Below are positions 37,236 to 46,800 of a stretch of 64,000 bases of DNA, one piece after another. Below the pieces are notes generated by a model. That model had not been told where the DNA came from. It did no database searches and was given only the letters and a program-made list of their open reading frames with translations. How positions within the stretch are numbered: position 1 is the first letter of the stretch; each line of letters opens with the position of its first letter. Source of the stretch: an uncultured virus (IMG/VR IMGVR_UViG_3300037067_009972) (taxonomy: Duplodnaviria > Heunggongvirae > Uroviricota > Caudoviricetes); IMG/VR virus record IMGVR_UViG_3300037067_009972; one strand, written 5' to 3'. Both the position numbers and the translations under genes were made by a program.

Positions 37236-37934
37236 TTAGCTCCAAGGAATTAAGTTAAATCTCGATAACTCTAGTTCTGAAGGTGAACAATATAATATCC
37301 CGCGATATGTCTTGTCTTCACTTGACCAGGCATAATCCAGATTATCTGCTGTTACTTCATCTAAAGTTAAATTTGTTATTTCACCTGCAGCGACTCTCTC
37401 TTTAGTTATAATATCGCAGGATTCTTTTGTATTTGTATAATAATAAAAATACGGATAAACTTTATATAACGCTTCGGATAAAAGTTTCATATTCATACTT
37501 TGCCCATCATAAGTTAGATGGCCGAGACCGTTATCAAAATCATGGATTGCCAATACAACATTATCCATATCTTTTAGCGCTTCTAATTCTCTCAATATAA
37601 CCCACCGTTCGTTCAACGGTAAAGCCCCATCATAAAAATGTGCATCTAAATAAATAAATACACATATTTCATCTTTAATCAAATTTCGTAATGAGTATAA
37701 TACTTTAGCACTATCACCATGTATAACTTCAACATTTGTGTAAGGTTTTAATTTTTTACAAGCACTTTCATAATACTGGTCATTGACTTCTATTGTTATA
37801 ACTTTAGGAAAATTAGCAGATTGTACTGCTGCACCTACACCGTGGAATGTACCGGTTTCGATAAAAAGACTTATCGAATGATAATCCTTTAATTTGTTAA
37901 ATTCTTTTAATGCACCCGCATCGGACCAACTCAT
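37236..37934 (-). CDS. class I SAM-dependent methyltransferase-like protein
   Basis: FIETGT..G, TIE, GDS, YLDAH. Confidence 0.7.
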   Translation of the reverse strand: MSWSDAGALKEFNKLKDYHSISLFIETGTFHGVGAAVQSANFPKVITIEVNDQYYESACKKLKPYTNVEVIHGDSAKVLYSLRNLIKDEICVFIYLDAHFYDGALPLNERWVILRELEALKDMDNVVLAIHDFDNGLGHLTYDGQSMNMKLLSEALYKVYPYFYYYTNTKESCDIITKERVAAGEITNLTLDEVTADNLDYAWSSEDKTYRGILYCSPSELELSRFNLIPWS

Positions 37935-38920
37935 AGTTTCTCCGTAAAAATACTATAGCGTTTGTTCACAGTTTCCCGATTTCTCTTATCTTTATAAAAA
38001 CGATATACTTCTTCTAACCCCTCTTTAAATGATATACATGGGTAAAAGCCATATTTATTCATACGAGTTGTATCTAATAATCGTTTAATATCTCCATTCG
38101 GTTTCAATGTATCCCAAATTATCTCTGGTTTCTCGTCAGATATACTCACCAATGTAGTTACGAGATCTTTTATAGAAACTCCGGCACCACTTGCCAGATT
38201 AACCGGCTCAGTAACTTCATTCTTAACCATATGTATCATACCTGCGGCGCAATCCTTTGCATGTATAAAATCCCGGATAGGAGTTCCATCGCCCCAACAC
38301 ACCAGTGGATTCTCCCCATCTACTATGCGCCTAATTAAAGAGGGAACAACCATAGCATTCGCTGGATCATAGTTATCATAACGACCATAAACATTCGCCG
38401 GTCTAACTATTGATGTGCGATTCCAACCCCCTTGAATAGAGTATGCTTGTGCCTGTAATTCACCCATTCTTTTGGCCCAGCCAGGAAACCAATCGTGAGG
38501 TGATGGGAATGTTTTCCATACATCGTCTTCGGACATAACTTCTGCAGGTGCATACACACCAACAGAACTCGTATATAAATACCATTCAATATCTAAGGTG
38601 TTAGCAACATCCATCATATTGGTATTGCACAATAAATGAGACACAAACATATCGGCTGGACGTTCTTTAGCCATTTTCGGTGAACCCTTATTACCCATCA
38701 AATGGAAAACTATGTTCATAGAATCTATAGCTTTTACACAATTAGCCCGATCACGTAAATCCACCTGTAAAAATTCACATCCTTCCGTAGAACGTACTGG
38801 ATCATCTAATGATGCTATACGCACATATGCAGGATCTTCTTTTAATAAAAGTTCTACTAGTTCTTTACCAATTAACCCGGTACCGCCAGTTACAAGTATA
38901 CGCTTATCTTTTAAATTCAT
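37931..38920 (-). CDS. NAD-dependent epimerase/reductase (second fucose-synthase-like paralog)
   Basis: TGGTGLIG, GWAK, RPANVYG, WGDG...RDF. Confidence 0.85.
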   Translation of the reverse strand: MNLKDKRILVTGGTGLIGKELVELLLKEDPAYVRIASLDDPVRSTEGCEFLQVDLRDRANCVKAIDSMNIVFHLMGNKGSPKMAKERPADMFVSHLLCNTNMMDVANTLDIEWYLYTSSVGVYAPAEVMSEDDVWKTFPSPHDWFPGWAKRMGELQAQAYSIQGGWNRTSIVRPANVYGRYDNYDPANAMVVPSLIRRIVDGENPLVCWGDGTPIRDFIHAKDCAAGMIHMVKNEVTEPVNLASGAGVSIKDLVTTLVSISDEKPEIIWDTLKPNGDIKRLLDTTRMNKYGFYPCISFKEGLEEVYRFYKDKRNRETVNKRYSIFTEKL

Positions 38921-40275
38921 AACTTCATTTTCCTTTGCGGATTCATTTCATACGCCAAAGCTTGATATTTTCTTATAGTATCTATACTCAATGTTTGACT
39001 ATCCATAACTCCTGGATATTGTTTATCGTATACATCCCAATCCTTAGATAATATTTTTAACCCCCATTGCCCTTTTTCCGCGGATCGACGAATAGCAGTA
39101 CCTGGAAATGGAACTGCAATAGGAAACGTCGTCGAATAAATATTTAAACTTTGTGCAAACTTTATGGAGGTCATCATTGTTTCTTCGGTTTCGCCCGGTA
39201 GCCCTAGAATAAATGCTGCCGCACAATTAATCTCAGAATCTCTGGCAGCTGAAATTGTGTTACTTATTTGTTCATTTGTAAAAATTTTACCTACATTACG
39301 TCTAATCTTTTCAGTACCACTTTCAACGCCAAAAAACATAAAATAACATCCAGCATTTTTCATTAACTTAAAGATACCAGGATCTTTTATATCTACGCGC
39401 ATTTCCCCAGCCCATCGAATTTTTTTGTGTAACTGACGTTTAATCATTCCTTCACATAATGCGATGCTCCACTCAAACTCATTATTATCTACAAAAGTTT
39501 CATCAAAGAAATTAATCGAGTGGCATTTAAAATCCGCAACATTACGCTCAATCTCATTCAACACAGAATCAACAGAACGATGACGTCTAACTCGTCCAAA
39601 TTGGCGCCAACAAAAAGTACATGTTCCAAAACATCCACGACTAGTGGAAACCGGTAATTCCAAAGTCTTACCTACGCCTGTTCCTAATCCAGAATTGAAT
39701 CCATTATACATATTTAAATCAAACTCTTCCCAAGCAGGAAAGGGTAATAAATCTAAGTCTATTTGTTTTGGTAAACAATATATAGACTTAGTTCGACTGA
39801 CAATATTAGGTATTTTGTCAAAAGCTAAATTAGTTGTAAATAATTCTACTAAAGTGTTTTCGGCTTCTCCACACATAACGAAATCAAATGATTTAAATTC
39901 CTGTAAAGTTTCTTCTGGAATAGCCGTACCATGTGGGCCTCCTATGCAAATCAATGTTTCTGGTAACTTTTCTTTTATTAACTTTGCTATTTCTGCAGAC
40001 TTCTTTATAAGAGATGTCCAACCAGTAAATCCTACGACTCGTGGTTTACATTGTACAGCTGTTTCTACTATCTCTTCTATACAAATTGGTTTCGCAGAAA
40101 CATCTAAATACTTTGCAGATATACCATTCTTTTTTGCAACTGCTAATAAATAAGCTATACCAATATTTGGCAACAATGAATGATTATCTTTTATATTCAT
40201 CTCTTTAAAATGCTTTATGCGTTCTTCCATTAATGGGGAAGGATTGATGAATAATATATCAAGTTGCTGCGACAT
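38917..40275 (-). CDS. B12-binding radical SAM protein (class B methyltransferase-like)
   Basis: GGPH, GEAE, SRGC...C..C, FGVESG, FILGLPGET. Confidence 0.92.
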   Translation of the reverse strand: MSQQLDILFINPSPLMEERIKHFKEMNIKDNHSLLPNIGIAYLLAVAKKNGISAKYLDVSAKPICIEEIVETAVQCKPRVVGFTGWTSLIKKSAEIAKLIKEKLPETLICIGGPHGTAIPEETLQEFKSFDFVMCGEAENTLVELFTTNLAFDKIPNIVSRTKSIYCLPKQIDLDLLPFPAWEEFDLNMYNGFNSGLGTGVGKTLELPVSTSRGCFGTCTFCWRQFGRVRRHRSVDSVLNEIERNVADFKCHSINFFDETFVDNNEFEWSIALCEGMIKRQLHKKIRWAGEMRVDIKDPGIFKLMKNAGCYFMFFGVESGTEKIRRNVGKIFTNEQISNTISAARDSEINCAAAFILGLPGETEETMMTSIKFAQSLNIYSTTFPIAVPFPGTAIRRSAEKGQWGLKILSKDWDVYDKQYPGVMDSQTLSIDTIRKYQALAYEMNPQRKMKL

Positions 40276-41114
40276 TAGATAATAAATTCCTCAAAATGTT
40301 CATTTGAAAACCCCCAAGTTTCCGAATTAGTAGTAGAACCCGCATGCACTAAACATGCCCCCAAATCATTGACAGCACCTGATCCACCCCCACCTAAAAG
40401 ATGTGCTATATGCATTGTAGGTAAATCAAAATTTGCAGCCACTTTATACCCAGCTAATATTGCTTTTTTATTTAAATTGCTGTCCACGAAAAATCTGTAA
40501 CGGAACTTTTCTTCAAAGCCTCTTATAGTATACCAAACATCTTTATGCAATAATTGAAAATCACCGCAACAATCAATCAATGACCATACATCTCCGGTGC
40601 ATGCTCCGGAATAACCATGAGCGGGAAATTCTTTATAATGTTCTGCAAACCAAGACTGTAAAACTTCAGGACATATAGGATCGTAATTTTGTAATAATTT
40701 TATATCAAAATCACGTCTAGAAAATATTGTCACAGATGCTGGATCTTGAAAATATGGTTCTAGTAGATCTCGCTTTGGTATGATTGCATCTAGACTTGTA
40801 GATAAAATCCAATCTCCTGTACAACGGCGAATAGCCACATTATATGCTAAAATACTAATAGCGGGTATATTAGGATCATTATTAGTAAATCTACGTATTT
40901 GCTCTTGTGTTACTTTAACAACTTTAAGTTTACCCGTTTTATTGATACGATCTTTATATTGTGTAACTAAGTCTATTTCAGAGGGTGACCCCCAATCAAC
41001 ATATACTACTTCGTCTGCAGAGGCCAACATTGCGTTAATACTATAAATAAATCGTTGCGCTTGATCGCCCCGATAGTTATCATTACGAGCCGTGATCCCA
41101 ATTGAAAAACTCAT
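40275..41114 (-). CDS. GT-A fold (GT2-like) glycosyltransferase
   Basis: RNDNY, VDW.S, N.AIRR..G.WI....D, GDFQL. Confidence 0.7.
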   Translation of the reverse strand: MSFSIGITARNDNYRGDQAQRFIYSINAMLASADEVVYVDWGSPSEIDLVTQYKDRINKTGKLKVVKVTQEQIRRFTNNDPNIPAISILAYNVAIRRCTGDWILSTSLDAIIPKRDLLEPYFQDPASVTIFSRRDFDIKLLQNYDPICPEVLQSWFAEHYKEFPAHGYSGACTGDVWSLIDCCGDFQLLHKDVWYTIRGFEEKFRYRFFVDSNLNKKAILAGYKVAANFDLPTMHIAHLLGGGGSGAVNDLGACLVHAGSTTNSETWGFSNEHFEEFII

Positions 41115-41965
41115 AGTTTACCTTTCAGCGCCTCAAAAAAATCACGAACAAGTTTATCCCATGAAAACTTTTCTACTATTTGCCGATGTTCTTCAGGACT
41201 TACGGGATTAGGAGTTACTTTAAAAATATCTACTAATTGGGTTGTAATATCTTTATCTTTATAAATAGTAATTGCATGTTCACGATACCAATCATATGTA
41301 GGATCATCCGGAACCAAGGGGCGTGCGCCGCACATCAACCCCTCAATAGCCATTAATTCAAAACCTTCTATAAACCGTAATGCTGAAACATATTGTGTGC
41401 TGTTCAATATGTCTGCTAGATCTTCATCTTCCATATATGGTAAAAAGAAATAATGCTTTGGGTCCCACCCAAAATTTCCACCGGTTTGAAATAAAGAAAA
41501 ACCGGTTGTTTTGCATGCTTCAAATAGTTTATCAATACCCTCTGTTTCAGCAACATGGCCCGTAGCCATAACCTTGATGTTTCTTCGTCCTTTATTACTA
41601 TATTTAAATACAGCAGGGTCTGCGCCCCAAGGCATACCATAATACGGTATAACTTTATCAGTGTATTTACGAAGATCGTGAAAAGAAACCGCTAGCAACG
41701 CTTGCTCCCAGTATTTGGCATAATCTATTTCATGCGCACTTGCCGTAAAGTAACAATGTTGAATAATAACCTTTGGCTTTGGTTTCTCGCACATTTCTAC
41801 CTCTCCACCACCGACAACGTGTACTATCATAATATCGGCGCTTTCATAATCTGTCCACTCAACCCAACTTGGTGCATGAACATGCAGTGCATTAGAAATA
41901 CGTTTAAAAGCAATACCCCAATCAGGACAAGTGTATTCGAATATTTTAACTTTAGTCTTTTCCAT
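41111..41965 (-). CDS. GT-B fold (GT4-like) glycosyltransferase
   Basis: WGAD...F, EGFEL..IEGL.CG..P, FSW. Confidence 0.78.
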   Translation of the reverse strand: MEKTKVKIFEYTCPDWGIAFKRISNALHVHAPSWVEWTDYESADIMIVHVVGGGEVEMCEKPKPKVIIQHCYFTASAHEIDYAKYWEQALLAVSFHDLRKYTDKVIPYYGMPWGADPAVFKYSNKGRRNIKVMATGHVAETEGIDKLFEACKTTGFSLFQTGGNFGWDPKHYFFLPYMEDEDLADILNSTQYVSALRFIEGFELMAIEGLMCGARPLVPDDPTYDWYREHAITIYKDKDITTQLVDIFKVTPNPVSPEEHRQIVEKFSWDKLVRDFFEALKGKL

Positions 41966-41973
41966 AGTAGGAT

Positions 41974-42002
41974 AATATACGAAAAAATAAGGACAAAATC
42001 AA
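41974..42002 (-). promoter_or_regulatory. sigma70-type promoter of the glycosylation cluster
   Basis: TTGATT-17 nt-TATATT. Confidence 0.55.
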
Positions 42003-42005
42003 ATT

Positions 42006-42272
42006 TTAAAGGGTTTTAAACGTAAATTTTATGAGTTTATTACTCTTGACAAGATTACATTTTGGACAGGTAATTTGTAAATTCCCTATACCATTTTTGC
42101 GGAAAGGTGTGAGTTCACGGGCGAATTTAGATACGGGTATCTTGTGGTCAATATGAAAAGAATTATTATCGATCGGCTCCTTACATATTTCACAAGTAAG
42201 TATAACATATTTTTTAATGTTTTTTTCTTTAACTTGCGCAAGAACATAAGGTAATATTCTAGTACGGGCCAT
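42006..42272 (-). CDS. small HNH endonuclease
   Basis: CEIC, HIDHKIPVS, NLQITCPKCN..K. Confidence 0.8.
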   Translation of the reverse strand: MARTRILPYVLAQVKEKNIKKYVILTCEICKEPIDNNSFHIDHKIPVSKFARELTPFRKNGIGNLQITCPKCNLVKSNKLIKFTFKTL

Positions 42273-42338
42273 TATATATTCTGGTATAAGAGTTTATGTT
42301 TTAAGATGTTTCCATTAATTTTAATACAGGAGCCTATC

Positions 42339-42539
42339 ATGTCAAAGCACAAAACAAAGAAGTTTTCGAACTTCGAGGTAAAAGCTTTACAAACCTATAA
42401 GGTCGTGTCGGGAGTTATGCCGAACGATGATTCACTATTTGCTAATTTAAGCGATCCAAGATTAACAAGAGTTGATGGAGGAAGAAGGCGTCCAATATTT
42501 TATGACAATGGTTATAGTCCAACTTTCGAACCAAGATAA
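42339..42539 (+). CDS. small hypothetical protein, opposite strand to its neighbours
   Basis: AGGAG RBS, 66 aa. Confidence 0.5.
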   Translation: MSKHKTKKFSNFEVKALQTYKVVSGVMPNDDSLFANLSDPRLTRVDGGRRRPIFYDNGYSPTFEPR

Positions 42540-42575
42540 ATTTTGGGGGAGAAATCCCTCAAACTATTTTTTACC

Positions 42576-43358
42576 TTACCAAGATACTGGTACTGTATAC
42601 ACAATGTTATCTGTCTCAAACTGCCGCACATGAACTTGCTGTGCAATTAAAAATAATGCCTTGTTAGTAGATTTTACAGTTAATACGTCCCATCGTTTTC
42701 CAAACTTATCTATTATCACATCTCCAGATGAAATTATCGGAGTATTACTCATAGTTATTAAACCATCATTATCTTGCCAATCACCATATGTTGTTAATAT
42801 ATGACGAGGGGGATTATTATTCATTTGAGCTTTAAAAGGTTGTGGAGAATAATATCCACCTACATGTCTAGTATCATAACAAACGGGACATTTCGAATTA
42901 GTAGTTCTTTGTAATTCCTCATCAAAACAAACAGTACAATATGTACCATAGGTTTTCTTTTTCAATACCAAGAAATCTTGACCACTTAATTTTTTAAATA
43001 CTAACTCTCGATGTTTAATCACATAGCGTGCAACGTAGTCGCTCTGCACGTTTATTGCCATCGGGTTTGATCTAGTATATGCACCGGATATGTTGTGGGT
43101 TACTTGAATCATATATGTCCAAGTGTCATTTTTATTAGTCATCCCACTAATAGAATAATCATAGTAAGTATTGGAAATCTGCGGAGATATCCCAGAAGCG
43201 ATCAGAGTATAATCGGTTAATACTTCAGATTCTATCTCACCTTTATAAATATCAAGATGATAATCAGTTAAATCTTCGGTCGTAGATTGTAAATTCCATA
43301 TCAACGTTATAAAGGATGGTGAAATTTGTTGAACTTCTAATTTTAATATTTTTAACAT
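42576..43358 (-). CDS. putative neck/head-closure protein (FN3-like N-terminus, Cys motifs)
   Basis: CTVC...CPVCYDT...GGY; position in the structural module. Confidence 0.6.
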   Translation of the reverse strand: MLKILKLEVQQISPSFITLIWNLQSTTEDLTDYHLDIYKGEIESEVLTDYTLIASGISPQISNTYYDYSISGMTNKNDTWTYMIQVTHNISGAYTRSNPMAINVQSDYVARYVIKHRELVFKKLSGQDFLVLKKKTYGTYCTVCFDEELQRTTNSKCPVCYDTRHVGGYYSPQPFKAQMNNNPPRHILTTYGDWQDNDGLITMSNTPIISSGDVIIDKFGKRWDVLTVKSTNKALFLIAQQVHVRQFETDNIVYTVPVSW

Positions 43359-43834
43359 TAGTATACGTCAAAGGAAAATGGTGAAGAAAATCCGCCATAT
43401 GCTTGTCCTACATTATAACGCATTTTTGCGGCTGCGACGGCTGCTTCAAATTTTGGTCGCATTACATTATAATAATTAATATAGCGGCCCCACTTATCAT
43501 GATTAGATACTTGAACACCACCAGTGTCAGAATACGTGAGCATATTCCTTGCAGATATTATTCCTTTAATTGTTAAAAGTTCTAACACTGCTCCTAAACG
43601 AACAGTACTCCAAGCGATATAGCCGTCTTCTCCGGGATCTACCACCACATTAAGAATAGTCCACTTAGTAACGGGGGTAGTATCCATATTTATTGTATTT
43701 AAAGATCCTTTTATAAAATCCATTAATTCATCGTCGGTAGACTCAAATTCTTCATCTAACTCATTTAGCTGAGGTTGATCATTTAAATATTGTCTTAAAG
43801 ACATTGCTGCTTCTTCATATGTTGTAAAAGCCAT
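43358..43834 (-). CDS. putative head-tail adaptor
   Basis: LRQYLND.P.LN.L, YSD.GG.V; position. Confidence 0.55.
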   Translation of the reverse strand: MAFTTYEEAAMSLRQYLNDQPQLNELDEEFESTDDELMDFIKGSLNTINMDTTPVTKWTILNVVVDPGEDGYIAWSTVRLGAVLELLTIKGIISARNMLTYSDTGGVQVSNHDKWGRYINYYNVMRPKFEAAVAAAKMRYNVGQAYGGFSSPFSFDVY

Positions 43835-44208
43835 TAGTGCACCTGTGTAACATTCTGATCAGTAAATAATTTGCCATTTTCTAACTTATATTTTTCACCG
43901 TTATTTAAATTTACATGAACATCATAGTAATAAGTTTTGGCACTATCCATTAGAAGCGAATCTTCTGGTGTGACTGTAAATTGTAAACTCCACGAGCCGT
44001 CGGCATACCCCAGTATAACTCCGTTGTCGCTAGTCGCTATATTAATGTGAATCTGAAATAAAGCACTTTCGTCCGGATCAGTTAGTTCTGCTTTCACAGT
44101 CCAATACGCATCTGTTATTAATGCTTCGTCTGGAACTTGCGTTATATTTCTTATTAATTTATAAGTATCACCGATTGTAAAATCATCGATATATCTATAT
44201 AGTGGCAT
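43834..44208 (-). CDS. Ig-like (BppU-like) structural protein
   Basis: GDT...TVK...YYYDV...G pattern. Confidence 0.55.
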   Translation of the reverse strand: MPLYRYIDDFTIGDTYKLIRNITQVPDEALITDAYWTVKAELTDPDESALFQIHINIATSDNGVILGYADGSWSLQFTVTPEDSLLMDSAKTYYYDVHVNLNNGEKYKLENGKLFTDQNVTQVH

Positions 44209-44228
44209 AATAAATTCCTTTATCTATA

Positions 44229-46799
44229 TTACTGAAAAACTGGGAAACATGCAACCTTCTCTTCATTATAATCGATAGGTTTTTGCGCATAATTAAATAC
44301 CATAGCTTTTCCACTTATATGCTTATCGGGTACTTGTATATGAGCTTTACCCACTGTTGTTTTAAGAGTAATTAAAGATATCCTTGCAGCACCTATAATT
44401 TCTTTTGAAACCCACACATTTACAACTATACGTGTTTTACCTAGTTGTACTTGTTCTGATTGAATTTGGATTCTAGCAACACCATTATTTGCGACACTCG
44501 AGAAACATTGTATTCTAGCTGCCCCTAATACCGTTTGTTGAACAGCATGCACTAAACATGCAACACCATTCTGATTGTTTGTGGTTGTTACACTTATACG
44601 AACTTTACCCGAAAGTTCAGTTAATTCGGTATTTCTTATATTACCTACACCAAGTATCGCGATATTACGTATTCTAGTAACTCGAGTTACCCCTGTAACT
44701 ACACTTTCAATTATTTGTTGTATCCGGGATATACCCCCTATTACCCTTTCAGTTGTTTTTTGTATAGCCGCTATACCCAAATGTATCTTTAATGAAGTAC
44801 CTTCTTGTAGAACCAGAGAATACCCACCTATAGTCTTTAATGTGGTAACAGTTACTCGAGAATTACTTGTTACAGATTTAATTGTATTTATAGTAATCCT
44901 GGTTTTACCGGTAATTAGTTTGGTGTTACCAAATTGAATGCGGCCCACGCCGGTTATTGGCTTAACTGCTGTATTCGAAATACGTGTGACACCGCTACTA
45001 GTATTAAGTACAGTTTTTCTTATGCGTGCAATACCCGCGACTGTTCGTTGCATGCCGGCAGTGATTCTAGATATACCAGTAGAAGTTTTTACTAGTTCGA
45101 CACATATACGTGTTAAGCCGCTTTGACCTTGTATAGAAATATTAGTTACTCGTGCAATACCTACAACAGTCTTTGAGGGGGTTCCTGCCTGCTGACTTAA
45201 TGAGATATCACCAAAAAGTTCTCCGCCGAGAATTCCAGAAACGCAAACAGTGCTACCCATAAATGGATCATCAGGGGTGTCGTATGAAACAACGAATCCA
45301 GAAGCACCTATAGTAAATGCTTGTGTAATAGCCCCCATGGTTTCGCTAGTTGTTATACTAAGCGGATACAACGTTCTTGCAGGTGGAATACCGTTTAAGG
45401 CATCTACAACAGCAGGGAACCATACTGGTGCCATCTTTGTATATCCGGCAACACTTGGATGAACGCCGTCACCAGTGAAATCAGTTGTCTCATTCAAAGC
45501 CGAATAATTGTCTACCATAGTAATATAATTACCGGTTGCAACTTTTTCCGTTACCATGGCCGGCCATAAAGTATCCGCAGCTTCGATAATACTTAAAGTA
45601 CTCGCATTATACAAAGTACCAGGAACCATACGAATAATGTTACTTAAAATTATTTTAATATCCGGATTAAATGCCCAAATGTCGTTTATCAAGTCACTCA
45701 TTGCATCGCGTATACCAGATGCTGTCATAGTGCCACTTGCTGCATCATTGGTGCCCAGCATTAACAACACGATTCCAGGAGGATTTGCATTTAACGCGGT
45801 AGAAAGTATGCTATTCCAGATATGGGAAGAATTTGCTACAATTGTTGCTCCGCCATAACCTTCGTGCTCCCAATAAGCTTCTGGAAAATCAAAGCCTAGA
45901 TTGCCGTCGTTATGATTAAGCGTATTTCGCCCAACATAGTCAAACTCAAGTCCGGATACCGTGAGTAAATTATATAAGAAAGAACGATAACCACCCTCCC
46001 AATCAAGTTCAGTAATTGAATCACCGATCGGCATAATCTTTGTGTAAGGCGTTTGTATTCTAGCTGTACCAGTGGTTACTCTCGTAACAGTATTTAATAC
46101 AGAAGCACTGCCGCCAATAGTTTTATATGTACTCGATAACCCCCCTACAACTGTAATTGAAGGAAAAGTTTCATTCGACACTAAGCCGCTGATTGTTATA
46201 GTAGTACCGACGCCACCTGGGTAAGTTATATCGCTGGCGCCCGTTGCATCATTTATAGCCACATCATCAACGTAATAAGAATGAGCTTTGCCACTTCCCG
46301 TTCCGCCGATACGCAATCCATTAAATTTTGAAACAGTAATATTCGTGTTATCTGTTAAGGTTTCATTTCCTAAAATTAATTCATTTACAGTTGAGGCACC
46401 GTTACAATAAATTCGAAATTGTACCATTGTCCAAGTATTTAATGGTATTGTACCGGTCGTTGTTGCACGAAGAGTATTGTTTGTTAATAAATCTAGAGTA
46501 CCTGTGGAATTTAAGCGAATGGCCCAAAACGAACCAGAGACTAAGTACCCGCAAAAAATAGCAGTGGTGCCAGAGCTTGGATAACCCGTAATATACACAT
46601 AAGCCCGAATATAAACATCGTCCTTACTTAAAACAGTTTTACTTGAAAGTCTACTAACAGTATTTTCTGGTACATTAAAATATGAAGCATAAGTACCTCC
46701 ATGCACTTGAGTACTTGATATACTAACATTTAACCCAGACACATTCCAGTTAGTAAGTAAACTCCCATTCTCAAAATCTTCTGTTAATAATCGTGCCAT
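44229..46799 (-). CDS. fibre/appendage protein: lectin-like N-terminus, SGNH hydrolase, 14-aa repeats
   Basis: GDSIT, EGYGG, GTND and DGVHP SGNH blocks; C-terminal GxxRI repeats. Confidence 0.8.
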   Translation of the reverse strand: MARLLTEDFENGSLLTNWNVSGLNVSISSTQVHGGTYASYFNVPENTVSRLSSKTVLSKDDVYIRAYVYITGYPSSGTTAIFCGYLVSGSFWAIRLNSTGTLDLLTNNTLRATTTGTIPLNTWTMVQFRIYCNGASTVNELILGNETLTDNTNITVSKFNGLRIGGTGSGKAHSYYVDDVAINDATGASDITYPGGVGTTITISGLVSNETFPSITVVGGLSSTYKTIGGSASVLNTVTRVTTGTARIQTPYTKIMPIGDSITELDWEGGYRSFLYNLLTVSGLEFDYVGRNTLNHNDGNLGFDFPEAYWEHEGYGGATIVANSSHIWNSILSTALNANPPGIVLLMLGTNDAASGTMTASGIRDAMSDLINDIWAFNPDIKIILSNIIRMVPGTLYNASTLSIIEAADTLWPAMVTEKVATGNYITMVDNYSALNETTDFTGDGVHPSVAGYTKMAPVWFPAVVDALNGIPPARTLYPLSITTSETMGAITQAFTIGASGFVVSYDTPDDPFMGSTVCVSGILGGELFGDISLSQQAGTPSKTVVGIARVTNISIQGQSGLTRICVELVKTSTGISRITAGMQRTVAGIARIRKTVLNTSSGVTRISNTAVKPITGVGRIQFGNTKLITGKTRITINTIKSVTSNSRVTVTTLKTIGGYSLVLQEGTSLKIHLGIAAIQKTTERVIGGISRIQQIIESVVTGVTRVTRIRNIAILGVGNIRNTELTELSGKVRISVTTTNNQNGVACLVHAVQQTVLGAARIQCFSSVANNGVARIQIQSEQVQLGKTRIVVNVWVSKEIIGAARISLITLKTTVGKAHIQVPDKHISGKAMVFNYAQKPIDYNEEKVACFPVFQ

Positions 46800-46800
46800 T

